A DNA stretch of 63,958 bases, filler included, from Intoshia linei (taxonomy: Eukaryota; Animalia; Orthonectida): NCBI GenBank assembly GCA_001642005.1. It is 4 parts of 4 records of this genome, joined end to end, with 100 filler letters (N's around TTAATTAATTAA, not from the genome) between each part and the next. Parts side by side here need not be neighbours in the genome. Positions count along the whole stretch, not along the records: positions 62,461 to 63,958 come from LWCA01002594.1; 3 more parts are not named here. One strand, 5' to 3'. This document shows, one piece after another, positions 63,623 through 63,958 of this stretch (positions are counted from its first letter, which is position 1; each line of letters starts with the position of its first letter). The position numbers and the translations under genes are program-made. The notes below the pieces were generated by a model, which was not told where the DNA came from, did not search any database, and saw only the letters and a program-made list of their open reading frames with translations.

Positions 63623-63958
63623 ACAATGTAATACAAAATTATAAAGTGACAACTCGGTGTAAAGAAGTCGATTATTCGAGTAGGTGTTTAATTATACCAG
63701 AGATTTTTAACCTGGGCGATAGCGCTCCCTTTGGGGCGTTTTTATGATCGAATGGGGCGAAAATATTTTTATCGCATCAGTTAGGATTCCAATATAACAT
63801 CAGATTATAACCGTTAAATGAGCCGAGCTAGCACATTATATATAACTACTGGTTATGGTCACATGATTATTTTGTAGAAAGGGTTTGTATTCATCTTTGA
63901 AATATTTTTATTTAGGTGAACTCGTTAGAATTAAACATTACATGCAATTTTAATTAAC

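Overview
This is very AT-rich animal (metazoan) nuclear DNA, not prokaryotic. It has compact spliced genes with many 34-41 nt GT-AG introns interleaved with decayed transposons. The style (AT content, tiny introns, fast-evolving but recognisable bilaterian genes) suggests a reduced parasite genome such as the orthonectid Intoshia; that assignment is inference. Genes reconstructed by hand, most missed or fragmented by the ORF track: a HAPSTR1/C16orf72 homologue, a USH1G/ANKS4B-like ankyrin protein without a SAM domain, ABCF1 head-to-head with SBDS, an inverted pair of FCP/SCP-type CTD phosphatases, the 3' half of UPF2, a neuroglian/L1-like FN3 fragment, a small CD225/dispanin-like gene ending 6 bp from a C-terminally shortened DDX10, SLC12A9, an orphan 6-exon Lys/acid-rich gene, a 3xSH3 adaptor, an intronless orphan 7TM protein and dachshund. 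Mobile DNA includes hAT relics and MITEs of several subfamilies, a Tc1 relic, two Ty3/gypsy gag-protease relics, foldback elements, and a ~1 kb non-coding Helitron-like family present ~10 times. Three 100-nt gaps carry an artificial TTAATTAATTAA linker, so adjacency across them is uncertain. No CRISPR, tRNA or rRNA was found. I did not find one clear novel multi-gene system; the best leads are the dispanin/DDX10 junction, the inverted phosphatase pair, the orphan 7TM gene and the Helitron-like family. All family assignments come from motif recall, not database searches.
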